From NCBI GenBank assembly GCA_004764695.1, contig SMSO01000034.1:3038001-3102000 (forward strand): a stretch of 64,000 nucleotides of DNA, given 5' to 3'. Origin of the DNA: Schizochytrium sp. TIO01 (lineage: Eukaryota > Protista > Bigyra: Labyrinthulomycetes). Of the stretch, positions 1 to 13,226 are shown one piece after another; positions within the stretch are counted from its first letter, which is position 1, and the number at the start of each line of letters is the position of its first letter. The notes beneath the pieces were generated by a model. The model searched no databases and was not told where the DNA came from. It was given only the letters and a program-made list of their open reading frames with translations. Made by a program: the position numbers and the translations under genes.

Positions 1-764
1 AATTGGGGTATTTCTATTTCCGCTTAGAAGTGAATAGCTGATCAAATCGAGAATGAATTGATCGATTGATTGAAACCAAAGCAAACCAAAGCAAACCAAA
101 GCAAAGCAAACTGGCAAGCGATCGGTGACGACTCTCGAAACCACAACAATTCCATTCCATTCCACTCCACGTTCCACTTTCACGATTGACTTTTTTGCAA
201 TAGAGCACAGAAATCAATTGACACGATTGCGTTGAATTGATTCGATAGAGCCAAAAACAAACATGCGAAGCTCTTTCCTCTTTGGTTTTATACATTTTCT
301 TTGTACCTGGAACCACCCACCCAAGCACAGCTCGACGACTTCAATCCATGGGCAGAACCTTGGGACGCTCTCTCGCAGCCTCGTCGTCGAGAGCAGGCCT
401 CCAGGCGGCCTCGGGCAGAAGATAGATGGTCGCGAGCTCTTCAGGAATTGTCAGATCGTCTTTGACGAAGATTTCGCGCACACGCATAAATTATGTAAAG
501 CGCTGTTCCTTCTGTTCTTTAGGCTGTTCCAATTATTTAGTTTAGTTCATGGGTCCGTCTGAAAAATTGCAAAATCAGTCAGTCAGACTCCACGCAACGA
601 CCAAAGGCAGCGTGCGAAGCTGCCTTCGAGGCAGCACAGCGACCGCAAGGATCCCTGGAACGTGGTGCAGGGCCTTCGGGTTGAGCGGCCTGAGGTCAGA
701 AGGAGATGCGCCGGAAGGAGTTTGAAGAAGTTGCAAACGAACAAAAGCGCTCCCCTGAAATACC

Positions 765-908
765 ATGTATAACAGACAATAAAATGTATAACAGACAATA
801 AAATGTATAACAGACAATGAAATGTATAACAGACAATGAAATGTATAACAGACATTAAAATGTATAATAGACATTAAAATGTATAACAGACATTAAAATG
901 TATAATAG
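765..908. repeat. 19-bp minisatellite, consensus ATGTATAACAGACA(A/T)T(A/G)AA, 7 full copies plus 1 partial
   Basis: Units read directly at 765, 784, 803, 822, 841, 860, 879, 898; variants occur in blocks. Confidence 0.97.
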
Positions 909-953
909 GCTAAATGAACAATGTTTGGGCACTGTATTTATTGGTTATTTCCA

Positions 954-1090
954 TTTGTTTGTTTGTTTGTTTGTTTGTTTGTTTGTTTGTTTGTTTGTTT
1001 GTTTGTTTGTTTGTTTGTTTGTTTGTTTGTTTGTTTGTTTGTTTGTTTGTTTGTTTGTTTGTTTGTTTGTTTGTTTGTTTGTTTGTTTGT
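954..1090. repeat. (TTTG)n microsatellite
   Basis: Pure tetranucleotide run; source of the spurious FVCL-repeat ORFs. Confidence 0.99.
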
Positions 1091-3250
1091 CTGAGATGAT
1101 CATAATAAAATGTGTCAATTTCATAAAATTAAAAAGTAAAATCCAAAAGTGCTCAGCCTGCAGAAAATGGCTGTCCCCGAGCCACCTCCGCTCTCGCTGA
1201 CCACCTCTGCGACACCCGCGGGATTAGGAAGCACGCCACAGCGCTCGGGATCGGGCCGGCCTCGAGGCACGTCCAGCGAGCGAGCGAGCTGCTTCGAACC
1301 GAAGGCGGCACAGGCAAGCAGGGCGAGAAGGAGCGGAGCGGAGCTGTGGCGCTGTTTGCATTCTTTCCTTCCCTGAATACCATTAGATTAGTCTCTTTCT
1401 CTTTCTTTCTTTCTTTTTTTTCTTTCTTTCTCTTTCTTATTTTTATTTGCTTTTTGTAGATTCATTCATTTCTATGATCTTCGAGTGATCTGCCAATTTT
1501 CATATCGAGATCGTTCACGCTTTGGCCTCCAAAGAGTGGCCAGCTTCCGAGTGCTCCGCTCCCCTTCCAGGTCCGCGCAGCTCCGAGCTGAAGAAGCCGC
1601 TGGAAATATGCCGCACGAGGTCTGACAGGAAAACATGGATGGCAGCATGCGCCAACTGCCTGTGCCAACTGTACAGAGGGAAACACGATCGAAGAGCATG
1701 GTAGATACTGAGCACCCTGACCCACGACGCTCGCTGCCCTCTTCGGAGATCTGGCCTGTCGGCCACTGAGGAGGGACACGGCCGGGGAAATGCCGTCGCT
1801 GGGATGTTCATTACTTTGAACCAGCTCGATAGAAAGTGCCGCTGGTTCTTGCTGCCTGTCAAACGATCGGCGATCGCCTCTGTCCCAGTCCAAGAGGTGA
1901 CTCATCTCCCCTCCCTTCTCAAGCTTTGGCGGGCAAAGGCCAAGGCCATCGTAGACAATATTCGCTTACAAATGATGTCAATATCCTCGTCTCCAGAAAA
2001 TGACGACGGCTACTTCTAGTCTGACTGTCAGAGACATCAGTGATTGTAAGTACTCCAACTCGAAAGGTTCCAAGGTCCACAAGCAATGAATCCTATCATC
2101 ATTTCCCCGCATTACCCTGGCTCATCGCTGCGCAGAAGATTCAACCTTCGAGTAGAGAAGTTCATGGACAAGTTGTTAACTCAAGTCTGCGCAAAGTTTA
2201 CATGTGATGTTGGCTGAGACCCCAACGTTTGTAGTGATTCTGTAAAATTCTGTAAATTCTAAAGCATATGCAGTTGTTGCACGAAATGATTCTTGATTTA
2301 CAACTTACAATGGCCTTGACTGAAATCTGAGAAGCAAAGCAAGGTAGGTACGCCAGGACACAACCCGTCCCTTCAATGATGACCAATTCCCGTAGCGATT
2401 CGGGAATTAATCATTTTACAGGGAGAACCATTTGATCCATATGTTCCGTGTGTTCTTAGAGTTCCTTCCTCCGTGCTCTGAGTTTACTTTTGAAATGGAC
2501 CAAACACGGAATTTGAAGTTCGTCGTTGCCATTGCAACCACGGTGGATGCGTATGGTTTACTTGATCAAGATTGCACGAGAGGTCCTGGCGAGATGACGA
2601 TCTGTGAGGGGTTTGGTAAAGCTTTCAGAGCAACGAGGATACAGCGTTACCCACCCATGAAATCTCAGCCATCAGGAAGTTGGAGTGGAACTGGTGCAGC
2701 GATTCGGAATCGCTAGCTCAACCTGCCCTCGTGGAGACTTCCGACGCAGCAGAGGAACAGGAAGATGGAGTCCTGGGCAGAAAGAAGTACGCAAGCAAGC
2801 AAGTGAAGGGCGCACCTGAAAGCTCTGATTGAGCTGCCCAAGCGATAAATTGCGATGGGCCTCTGCTGGTTGTGATCCTGGAATTCAAAGTGATTTCAAA
2901 TTTTCGAATTTTTTTGATGCAAAGTTATCCTTCTCCAAATCAACCACTACTGTTGTCACAACCTACTGGAAAATTACGTCAATGAATAATCAAACTACTG
3001 AAGAACCTATCGCGTAGCTCCGCGCACAGCGACACTCCCGATGTACAGCACAGCTATCGCAACAAAGCTGATATTTTTTGTTGGATCCAAGCGCTCCTAA
3101 TTAAAATATATAAAGTCTAGTAGAGTACTGTGACTAACCCATGCTGAGAACCACTTCTTTGACGACATCATCTTCTTCGACTTCTTCTCAGTCAGCCATT
3201 TGGGAAAATACAAAGAAGGAAAGGCCTCTAGCCGGGTCCATTGGACGACG

Positions 3251-4826
3251 ATGGCTCGGGGCAGGCGACCTGCTCGCGAGGAGCGCCAACGACCTCGCAA
3301 ATGGTCACGTGGAGGATTCCAGGGGCGGTCCCGGAAACGCCGACGTGACGCCGACCAGGAGGACGAGAGACCTCACGCACCCGGACCTGGAGCCCTTGTG
3401 TATGATCCAGAGACAGACCGGTACTACCCAGCCAACTCGACGCCGTGGCACATTGTCCATGGCTCTGCGGGTAGAGCACCAGGACCTTCGTCATCCTCAT
3501 CCTCATCTTCGTCAACTGTGGCAGCAAACCCAGTCTCAGGTTCGTCCAAAACAGCAGAAACTACAACATCAAGTAGGGACCGTTCAAAGGCTTCATCGAA
3601 TGATGCATGTGACAAAGCCTTTGCCAGTCGTAGGATTCAAGGTAGATACTTGGGAATTATAAATGATGGGCTTTGTCGTCGAGAGTTAGGCATGGCGAGC
3701 GCATTTATGCCAACTGCTCGGTTTTTACGCTCGGCTTTGCCCGGACTCGAGGTCCGCCAGCAGATCTCTACTGGCAAAGGTTACCCTTTTGTTATGGAAG
3801 GAAACCGGATTGTATTTGCCAACCAGATTCAAGATTCTATTTATTTTAGTTCAATTCCTGTAGACAAAAGTGAGGAGTTTGCGACACAAGCCAGGGAATC
3901 CTATGCTACAATGCATTACCCGGGTCTAAACAATGGACACGCAATTGCAGCATCATCCGCAGATGATAACTCTCTATGTTTTGTTAGTGTTCCCTTTGGC
4001 CAGAAATCTGTGTATACCTCAATATACTCGTTTTCATCTATCTTGCACTGGAACTGGGTGTGTCCACGGACTCCGGACGCTGTAGCCTGCGCTTTTCCTG
4101 AGTTCCGAAGCTCAAATTCGCCTCGCATTGCCATGGCAGTTGAAAAGCGCCTGGCTGTATATGATAATCCTACCGGGGGGTCAGCCCCAGCAGTTCTCAA
4201 CACGCAGCGATATTCGGAGTCTTGCTTTTGTAGATGGTGCCCAGTCTGTACTGTGTGGAACACGAAGTGGCGCAATCGTGCATGCAGACCTTAGGGATCA
4301 TAGTAAGCAAGTGTGGAACCCATGCACAACGCAACGCCTTGTCAACTGGCTCCGACCTTTACGGACGTTTAATGAGCAGCATGTTCTCGTGAGCTTTTCG
4401 CCTGTGCTTGCTCCTTCAGGGAATGGAAAAACGCGAGGACAAAACGACTTTGAAGACCTCATCGCTCGATTTGATCGCCGTATGCTCAACAAGCCCTTGC
4501 TCACTTTTGCAGACCATGTTGGTGATCACACACCAGAGACTCCGGCAGTTTCTCGCGATGAACGCCTTCTTTCGGCTCTCGGTCGTGATGGTACTGTTCG
4601 AATATGGGACGTGGCAAACGCTAAACTTGTGACAGAGAAGCCTCTTCCTGAAGCCACCAAGTCCGGGCCTCGCTTCTGCACAATGGCTGCGTGTCTTGAC
4701 TACCCCAATGCTGGTAGGCGACGGGTTGCTAGAAATCTGCAGGCTGTCACACTTTGGTGTGGTTATCCTGCGCAAGGTCAGTTTTATGGACTCGAAGCTA
4801 CGGCTAGAGCTTGTAGCCACGCGTAG
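3251..4826 (+). CDS. WD40-repeat protein, DCAF4/WDR21-like, with one apparent +1 frameshift in the G6 run at 4175-4180
   Basis: First ATG at 3251 (MARGRR). N-terminal YDPETDRYY resembles the DCAF4 YYDPEKxRYF motif. Removing one G joins VYDNPTG to GQPQQFSTRSDIRSLAF..LCGTRSGAIVHADLR, resembling DCAF4 SDVLAQQF..NGCRSGEIFAIDLR. C-terminal ALGRDGTVRIWDV is a WD repeat. Confidence 0.7.
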
Positions 4827-7800
4827 AATAGTGGTGATGCTTTAGAAGTGTCGGAAGCTAAGAGCCTGTCAATGAGATCTCCAAATTGGTCGAGCCGAGG
4901 CCATGCTTTTCTGATATCCTCCAGCGAAAACTTTTCTAATAACGACTGCACGAAAAATACTGTACGCATATCCTTCCCCAAACACATCAAGAGTAAGGTT
5001 TTTAAATTTTGAACACCTTGCAAAGCCAGTGCCTCCCCAGCCACGCGCCTCGTTCTTGCGAACCGTGATTGTAATGCAGCACGGAAGAAGGAGCAAGCCG
5101 CCTTCAGGCTCTGCTGCTGCTAGGGCCTGGGCTGCTGCACGTGCAACACATTCCGCTGGATCTTCCAATGCGGAATGGAGAACGGGGTGTAGGACGCGAA
5201 CACTAAGTTTGAATGACACTTCCTGTTGATATCCAACGTCTAGAGAGGTCCCGTTACTATCTTCTGAGGACCTTGCCATTTTTTGGCTTAAAGTAGCCAA
5301 TGTTTCGACTGCTGCAACACGAACATTAGCGGAGGTGTCCTGAAGAAGAGCTGCAAAAAGCACATCTACTGCTCGTTCGCCTAGTTGGCCTGGGCGTACT
5401 TCGCGGAGTCGAGCGAGGCCTCGAATAGCTGCTGCACGGCTTTGTGACGAAATATTTGGATCTTGAACTAGCAAAACAAGGGCCTTAATACCATCATTTC
5501 CCATTTCTGCCAAGGCTGAGCCTGCCTCAGACGACTTGAAGCGTCCCCGCCGAAGTCCTTGTGCGAGACAAGAAATTGTTCGACTACCACAAAATGGTGC
5601 CCATGCCTCTAATGCATGAGTCGCAGCATGGCGAATCTTCCACTTGTGATCTTGTAGAGCATTTTCCAAGCATTTAACGCATGATTGTGCAAATTGAGCA
5701 GCGTGTGCTGCAGACACATCTGCGCGTGATGATCCTTGAGCTACCCACATGAAGCGGCTGGCCATCTGCCCCACTGCAATTATTGCCGCCTCTCGTACAA
5801 GGTCTTCCGGGTGTTCACAAGCCTTGCACAAAGCAACAATAGTATGTGTTTGAGTAAAAAATGAATCATTCTCACTTTGCGAGAGCAAACCCCCAAGTAC
5901 TTTGGCCGCACATGCTTGGACCTCAATTTCTGGGTCGTGTGCTAGAGCCCTTAGGCAAATTGAAACGGATGCGGGGAAATTTTCGCAATCTTCGCTAGTG
6001 TCATTTTCAACATTGCGGTTTGCTGTAACGCCTTGCAAAATGTTTTTTTGTGCAGGTAGATGGGCTGCCAAGCAGTTCAGAGCACTTCGCACATCAAGTT
6101 GGAGCATTAACTTCGAATTAATGGTCTTCTCAAAGTTAAGTTCGTCGATTTCGATAACTGGCGTAGCCTTGTCCACGCCTGTAGTAATATCAAAGAGGCT
6201 AAGTTCTGGTGTTACGGCTGTTGTTGGTGACCATGTTGTTGCAACTTGGATACTACTGCCAGGGAATTCACGTATACTTTCATTAAGTGCTTCGAGAGCA
6301 CAGCATCGGGAATGCGCACTATATACATGGAAGTTTGTTGCAATATACCACAACTTCTGGATTCCCAGATTCTTGCATTGCCGAAGCACCCAGGCGGAAT
6401 ATCTCAAATCAGCTTCGCCAGATAGAAGAGCCCGATCAACTGCACTTACTATACTTTCAAGATGAGAAGGTGATGCCCCTCGAGCTAGCATACCTAGGCA
6501 AAAAACAGCTAATGTCCTCATCTGCCATGTAAAGTTTGTGTTGGAGGGATGAGCAACTCGTGAAAGAAAGAGTGGGATCAGCGCTTGCGATTTTCTTTGA
6601 TCATTTTGTAAAAGTGCATCGGCGATTGTATTTGCGTGAGGGTGCTTTCCTTGGCCTGCAAGATCAAGGAGTAGCTTTTCGAGTTCCCAAGATTGGAGTG
6701 GTCCACAGTTGCGCATGACTGCATCCCGTAGTGCCTTTTCAGCAAGCCATGGGTGTTCCCCTAGAATCATGGATGCTGAGGTATACGGAAGGCTTTCTAC
6801 TAGAGTGACAGTTTCCCGGAGGATTGTCTGAATGCTCTCTTCCTGACCAAGAATAGCTGTAATTAATCGTTGTAAACTTGGCAAGAGCTCTTGGACTATG
6901 TATGCATCTTGATGATCTAGCACTCCACAATGGCGAGCCTTTTGAAGTTCTTCTGTCGCGTTGTGCACGAGACTAGGCGTGGGTTGCTCTAAAGCAGCCT
7001 CAATATTGCTGAGGAGTTTTTCTAGTTGTTCCTGGCGCACAAAAGGCCATTTGCATAACTCCTCAGCACTAGCAGATCGGACACGAAACATAGTTTGCCC
7101 TCCTCGTGGAGTTTCTCTGATACTAGCCCAGCTTTGCTGGCTGGACTGGCTGGAAATGCTATTTCGTCTAGAGCGAATCAGCCTCTCATACACGCTTATA
7201 GTGCTTTCATCATTTCTTTCCGCTTCCTTTGATTCTTCCTCCTCGATGCCATAGATATCTTCATCAGCTTGGTTTCCATCAATTTCAGTATAAGTTGTTT
7301 CTATAGAGTTCTTCCTGTTCCTCGCACTCTGCAACTTTTTGAAGTACGAGGAAACGCGTTTCGTGAGATAGACTGCAGCTCGAGTAGGAATGTGCGAAAA
7401 CTGTATATTTTGGCTTGACTGCAGATGGCTCGACGAACATCGCAATAGTGCTTCTACAAACTCAGGCCAGCATAAAGCACGAGTTGAGATTGGAATGGGA
7501 GATAAAGCGTGCATTGACTGGCGGAAGCACCGCGCAGCTTCGCCTGCTTTAATTGGAATATTTAGGCCTTGCAGAGTCTGTAAGAATGAGGTTAAACAAA
7601 CTCCTGGAAAAGTGCCTGGTCGAATTGTGGATGTAAACTCAAGTCGACTTTCTTGGCATGCAATTGAAAACAGACTTACCAAATGCCTTTTCAACAGCTG
7701 GGTCAGTGAGTAAGCTTGCCACCGAATCGTGCATGAACTCAATAGGCAGTGTTGCAATGGCTTGGAATTCAGCCGTTCGCTTGCAGGCAAGCACTTCACG

Positions 7801-8400
7801 TGCCTCACTCTCTTCCATTGCAGTGCGAACAATACTCAGCTCTGCATTTTGTTTCACTCTGTCAATCCAGGCGGATCTGCTTTGCAAAGGTTTGATGCTC
7901 GTTTTGCTGTCTTCTTGTGCATCCGAAAAAACATCATTGAGGACCTTTTCCAACTCACCCCATGCAAACCATGGGGAAATCAGCCTGCTTGCGCGCGCCC
8001 AGCATCTAAGATCTCTGCGAAGCTCTGCCACAAACTCTACATCACCCCCCTGCGCGCACGATGTAATTCTATTGATGTCCTCCTTCACTTCCGTATGGAG
8101 GTGCTTATTTGAATCATGGGATTTCAAGCTTGATGATGTGCTGGTGTTTCTTCTCCTTTGCCCTGTCAGAGTCTGCATCTTATAACCCTGAGGTTGCAAG
8201 TTGCTTCGCTGCTTCTCTCTAAGCGAAGAAGCAAGTCGCTTACGAGATGTCAGCAGTCTTTTTGTTTGCTCAGGGGTTTCAGCTAACTCGACAGCCGGTG
8301 AAGCTTCGATGTAATGTGGAGTACTGCCCCACCATACGCGTTCCTCCCACGGGTCCCTGCTCTCAGTCGTCGTCTTCTCAAGCATCTTCATTCTCAGCAA
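4784..8400 (-). CDS. Large HEAT/ARM-repeat protein split over three ORFs by +1 frameshifts (near 7681-7683 and 5083-5084); true 5' end probably further upstream, towards 8880
   Basis: HEAT-type repeats (DPEIEVQACAAKVLG, EDLVREAAIIAVG, DHKWKIRHAATHAL, DTSANVRVAAVETL). Removing one base at each junction gives continuous helical sequence: DPAVEKA-LVSLFSIAC and GLLLL-RAALQSRFARTRRVAGEALAL. Confidence 0.7.
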
Positions 8401-9107
8401 CCTTTCCTTCGGGCATCTGTGACCGTTTCATGCTCGCGCACACCTTTCGCACACCCTTACGGGGACCTCATTACTACGTTTTGTCTCGCTGGCCGGCCTC
8501 CTTTCTCAATCTCAAGGTAACGTAATCCCAAGGATACTGTACTCATCACGGCACGCAGAGTTGATAAGCGTGGAGTTCGGGTTTTCAAGACCTATGCGCT
8601 CTCCCGCAACTTCGCTCCACTAGCCGGTCTTAGCCCGGGCTTCAGGCTAAGCTGCCTGAGAGACAATCCTGATTTCGATTGCGACTCTGCCGTAGTTCTT
8701 TGGAGTGGGCAGGTCTTAGTTATATCTTGAGACTCTTAACGATTGGCTAGCGAAAACTAAGTTCGTTAGTTGGTTGCCGAGAACTCTTTATGGTGCTTTG
8801 GCAATGAGCTGAGTCAGCAGCGCTGAGATTTAGCGACTTGCCCGACTTTCCTCGAGGAGATTCATGGCGTCCATGACGTCCAGCAGCTGCTGCTGCTTCT
8901 TGGGTGTAAATAAAATAGTGCCAGGGCCGCCGCAGATTATGACTCCGTTGTTAAGATAGAAGTAAGCCAACTCCGTATTTATCCATCTATCGATAGGCAA
9001 TTGATGGAATTACACCATTTGCAGTTCTGGCCATTTGGAGCTCAACGAGACGCGGCGCGACGAAGCCCTCGGCGCGACGTGGAGAGCGGCGGTCGGTGGC
9101 CGGCGAG

Positions 9108-9157
9108 GGGATGGATGGATGGATGGATGGATGGACGGGTGGGTGGGTGGGTGGGTG
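9108..9157. repeat. Compound (GGAT)n/(GGGT)n microsatellite
   Basis: Read directly. Confidence 0.9.
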
Positions 9158-9869
9158 GCAGAGGTTGCGGCGAGGTGGATGCAGTGCCAAGCGGTAATCG
9201 GCAAATGCACAGCAGCCCAGGGCCATCGCGGCGACTGTGCTGCTATCTGTGCCCAGGTGTTGTCCCTCCCGCCGTGTGCGCGAATCAATAAGTCAGGCAG
9301 CGACAACAAGCAGCAACACCAGCAGCAGCAACAACAACAAAGAACTCAAGAACTGCAACTTGACTTCGGCCACGCAACGTCCACAATGTCGTCTACCTGA
9401 AGACGAGAGATCGCAAAACCCCGGAGAGAAGCGCTCCTGAGAACGCTGCCATGAACAGCGAACTTACTTTCACGCGACGACCTTGGAAGCTCAATTCTTC
9501 AACCGCTCTCAGCTGCCCGTGCTGGTGAGAGGGCGGCAGCGCCTCCTCATTCCCAGCCAGGCTCTGCGAAAGCAAGCCCGCTTTACACGAGGCGTCTTCG
9601 CGCTGCATTCTCTGGCGGGCCATCATCTGATGCCTTGGATTGCACACATTCTCTCCGCCATGAACCTATCAGGGCCAATGCGGTTCTTCGTACTCCAATT
9701 GATCAACGACAAACAACAACAGATGGCGCTGACAGAGAAATGACTGAGCGCATTGCGCACACTGACGTCACGGTACAGACATTCAGACGATTGACAATAA
9801 ATAGGCACACTCGCGCGGAGTTCGTGAGTGCGGACCTGGAGAAGCCTGGACATCGAGGACAGCAAGCGG

Positions 9870-10185
<316 letters not shown>

Positions 10186-12402
10186 CTGTCACGCTCACTC
10201 CGGGCAGGTCACTCAGACAGCCGCTCGCTCGGCAGCTAGCTGCCAGGACGGCGTACTCCCTTCAAAGCGTGCAAGCGGAGGCTTTCTTCGTCTCTTCTGG
10301 GCCAAGCGAAATGAAAAATGCGGCGTAGGTGATACTATTTGGCTCTAGGCTCGCAATAAGCATAAAAGTAAGCAGAAGTAGTCCTACTTTCGATGAATTC
10401 ATTAATTTTGATTAAAGAAGAGGAAGAATGAAGAAAGAGACAAAGAATATTGACATTATCAGAGATCAGAGAGAAAGCAAAGCAGAGCAGAGCAGAGCAA
10501 AGCAGAGCAAAGCAACTCGACGGTCGTGGCAGAAATGCCGGTTCTCGTGACATTGCAGTGAGAGAGAGCGGCCTCAGGCGTTGGCGACACCAGGCTTGCT
10601 TGCTTATGTATGCATTCTGCACAGGTTGGGCTCCTGCCTGCCTGGCACCCGTGAACGAAGATCGTGAATCGCGATGGTCACGAAAGTAATGACGATTTCT
10701 CACAACCAATTCTGGTTTCAGGGACTGTGAGAGGAACACTCGGGGAAGATCATGTCATACAGTCAAAGCACGTCAGAGGAGGATATTCCATGATATCCCG
10801 CAGCGGTACATCCTACCGTAAACAGTAGTACTATAACCACAGAAGGAAGGAGCTGAGGGGGGTGTGAGGGGGCGGGTGGAAGGAGTGGCGAAAACAAGGC
10901 TCTTGGGTGAGAGGAAGGAGGGGAAGCGAATTGGCAACTGCGGGGAGCTGAGGGATACCGGGTAAGAGAAAGATGAATTCATTCCAAACTCAATCAGTCA
11001 ACTTTTTTTCTTTTCTTTTCTTTTCTTTTCTTTTTTAAATTACTTTTTTTCTTTCAAAAAAAAGTTTGAGAAAAAAAAGTTTACTTCGGTTAGTTAGTTA
11101 GTTAGTTAGTTAGTTATGTCATGACTACTATTATGTGATTATTATTATAGTTTCTAATAGTAAAGTTAACTGAAAAGTAAATGATGGCAACTTTTAATGA
11201 CAAAAATAAGATCACAAGTTGAGAGTTAACTGACGCATCAGTTGTTTGCTACATTGCACAATCTGCATTGCACAATCCGGCAGAGGGTCTTTACATCGCG
11301 AGCTCATTCATCCACTCACTCACTCTCTCTCTCTCTCTCAGTCCGCAGAGCTCAGCTCACTCAAGGACTCACCAACTCAGCCTGATACAGCTGTTTCTTC
11401 GAGCCTGGACGCTCAAGTTCTTCCAATGTCCGTCAATCAATCGCACCTCATCTATAACATTACACATATTCTATTATTACCTTCCACATCCATTTGTGAA
11501 GGAAACCAAAGCAAAGCAAACAAGACAAAAACAAGACAATCCCTTCAAGCTGGACGAGGAATCGAAGTCAGCCAATCAGCCGACCAACACGAGAGGTCCG
11601 TCATTCGATCGATCGATTGATTGAGGCAGCCTTGCATGCATTTGGTCTTCTTGACATCTTGACATCTTGACGTCTTGACGTCTTGGTCTTGGCGCTTTCG
11701 TATTCGTACAGTGTAGCGGGTGCCCTTTTACAGGCCAGGAACTGCGCAAAACTCGAGTCAAGGTCAAACGAAGGTGAGTTGGCAATGAATTGATCAATTG
11801 AGGTCTGAGTGAGTGAGTGAGTGAGTGAGTGAGTGATTGATTGCCTCGAAGGCCGTTGCGGACCTCGGGCTGGATCCATTAAATGCGCTGGATTTGGTGG
11901 GTTCTGAAGGGAATCGATCGATCGCACGTGCGTAGTATCATCGTCGTTCACCGCGTTTACACTGTGTTGGTCTATATAGAATAGAAATTCTTTGAAGTTG
12001 AAAGAAGAAAGAAAGAGTTCACTGATGATTGTTTTTGATAAATGAAAAAGTTGAAAGGAATACTTACAAATTATGATAGTGCCTGCGTGGAGGACGGCTA
12101 ATGTAAACAGTAGCAGTTGGGAGGAAACGAAATCACTCGCTCACTCACTCTCGCTCACTCAGTGCACCTGTATAAGTTAGATACAAGATAGGAGGGTAAC
12201 CACTTATCACTTGTATCATACATTAGATAGGAACTTTGGATAGTATCGTTCCGGGCGAGGACGTTCTAAGATAGAATGGGATTGTGGAACACCTTAAGTA
12301 GTATGGGTGCAGGGAAGGGGGATTAAGGTGGGTACAGAGGCGAGGTTGGGAAAAGAGAGAGGAGAAAATTTCGCAGATCACCTAAAAAAGAAAGTCTCGA
12401 TA

Positions 12403-12505
12403 GGGCGACGGAGCCGCTGACGCCGCCCCGCTCGCCGGCTGCCCCGCTCGCCGCCGCTCGCGCCGCTCCCGCTGCCACTGCTGCGAGCAAGCGCCCCCGC
12501 GGCCT
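12403..12505 (+). promoter_or_regulatory. GC/CpG-rich patch, probable promoter region of the MYB gene
   Basis: Very GC-rich, GCC-repeat-like segment about 750 bp upstream of the MYB ATG, followed by pyrimidine tracts; role inferred from position only. Confidence 0.3.
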
Positions 12506-13226
12506 TCTGTCAGCTTAGACCACGAGACCAAGGATCCAACCATCCCTCCCTCCCTCCCTTCTTCACTCACTCGTTCTCTTTGACATCCATCGATCCCTCG
12601 ATCCGTCTATCTCAAGAAGAGCATCATAGGAGGACGCTGGCAGAGGAAGACAGGTAGCGCCTTAGGAGGAGGCAGCAGACTCTCGACCAAGGCCGCTGCC
12701 GGAGATCGCCAGAGCAAGCGAAACATATAATCAGCGAGGGCTTCCCACTGCCGCTTCTCTGATCTTTCTTTCTCTTTTCTCTCTGTTTCTTTTCCTCTCT
12801 CTTTTTCTTTCTCTTTTGACTTTTAGTCTGTTTAATCTGTGTCGTGCTTTTGTATCAAATTGCAGTTGTTGATTTCGCTCGTGGTTGTGTTGCGTCGCGT
12901 TAATTTACATTGCTTTTGAACAGGTCTTCGTAGGAGTGGCTTCGTTCTGTGTTTGTGCTGCAGGTTTGTGACGTCGAGGCTCCTTTAGTGTCGTGGTATT
13001 TGCGGTGATTGTTTGTTTGGTCATTCAGTGGAAGCGAATTTCGTTTGGGTCAAACGATACGCGGACACATATTGTGCTGAGCGTTTGCGTCGTGTAAACT
13101 GTGACTTAGCTTGAGGTGTTGCTTGATCCTGTGTTTCAACTCACTGGGGAAGTTTATTGTTTTGTTACTGGCCTGTGCAGTTGGCTTATTTGATTGGAGT
13201 TATCATAATCGATTGTCACAAGAAAA

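Noticed and set aside
765-908. 19-bp repeat array as a CRISPR array
   Set aside because: Units are directly adjacent with no spacers; eukaryotic context and no cas genes
898-1200. FVCL-repeat ORFs, and minisatellite-derived ORFs at 575-874
   Set aside because: Translations of the (TTTG)n run and the 19-bp array
12654-13180. 5' UTR intron of the MYB gene (CAG|GTAGCG ... TGTGCAG)
   Set aside because: Plausible, but several alternative donor and acceptor sites exist; cannot be fixed without transcripts
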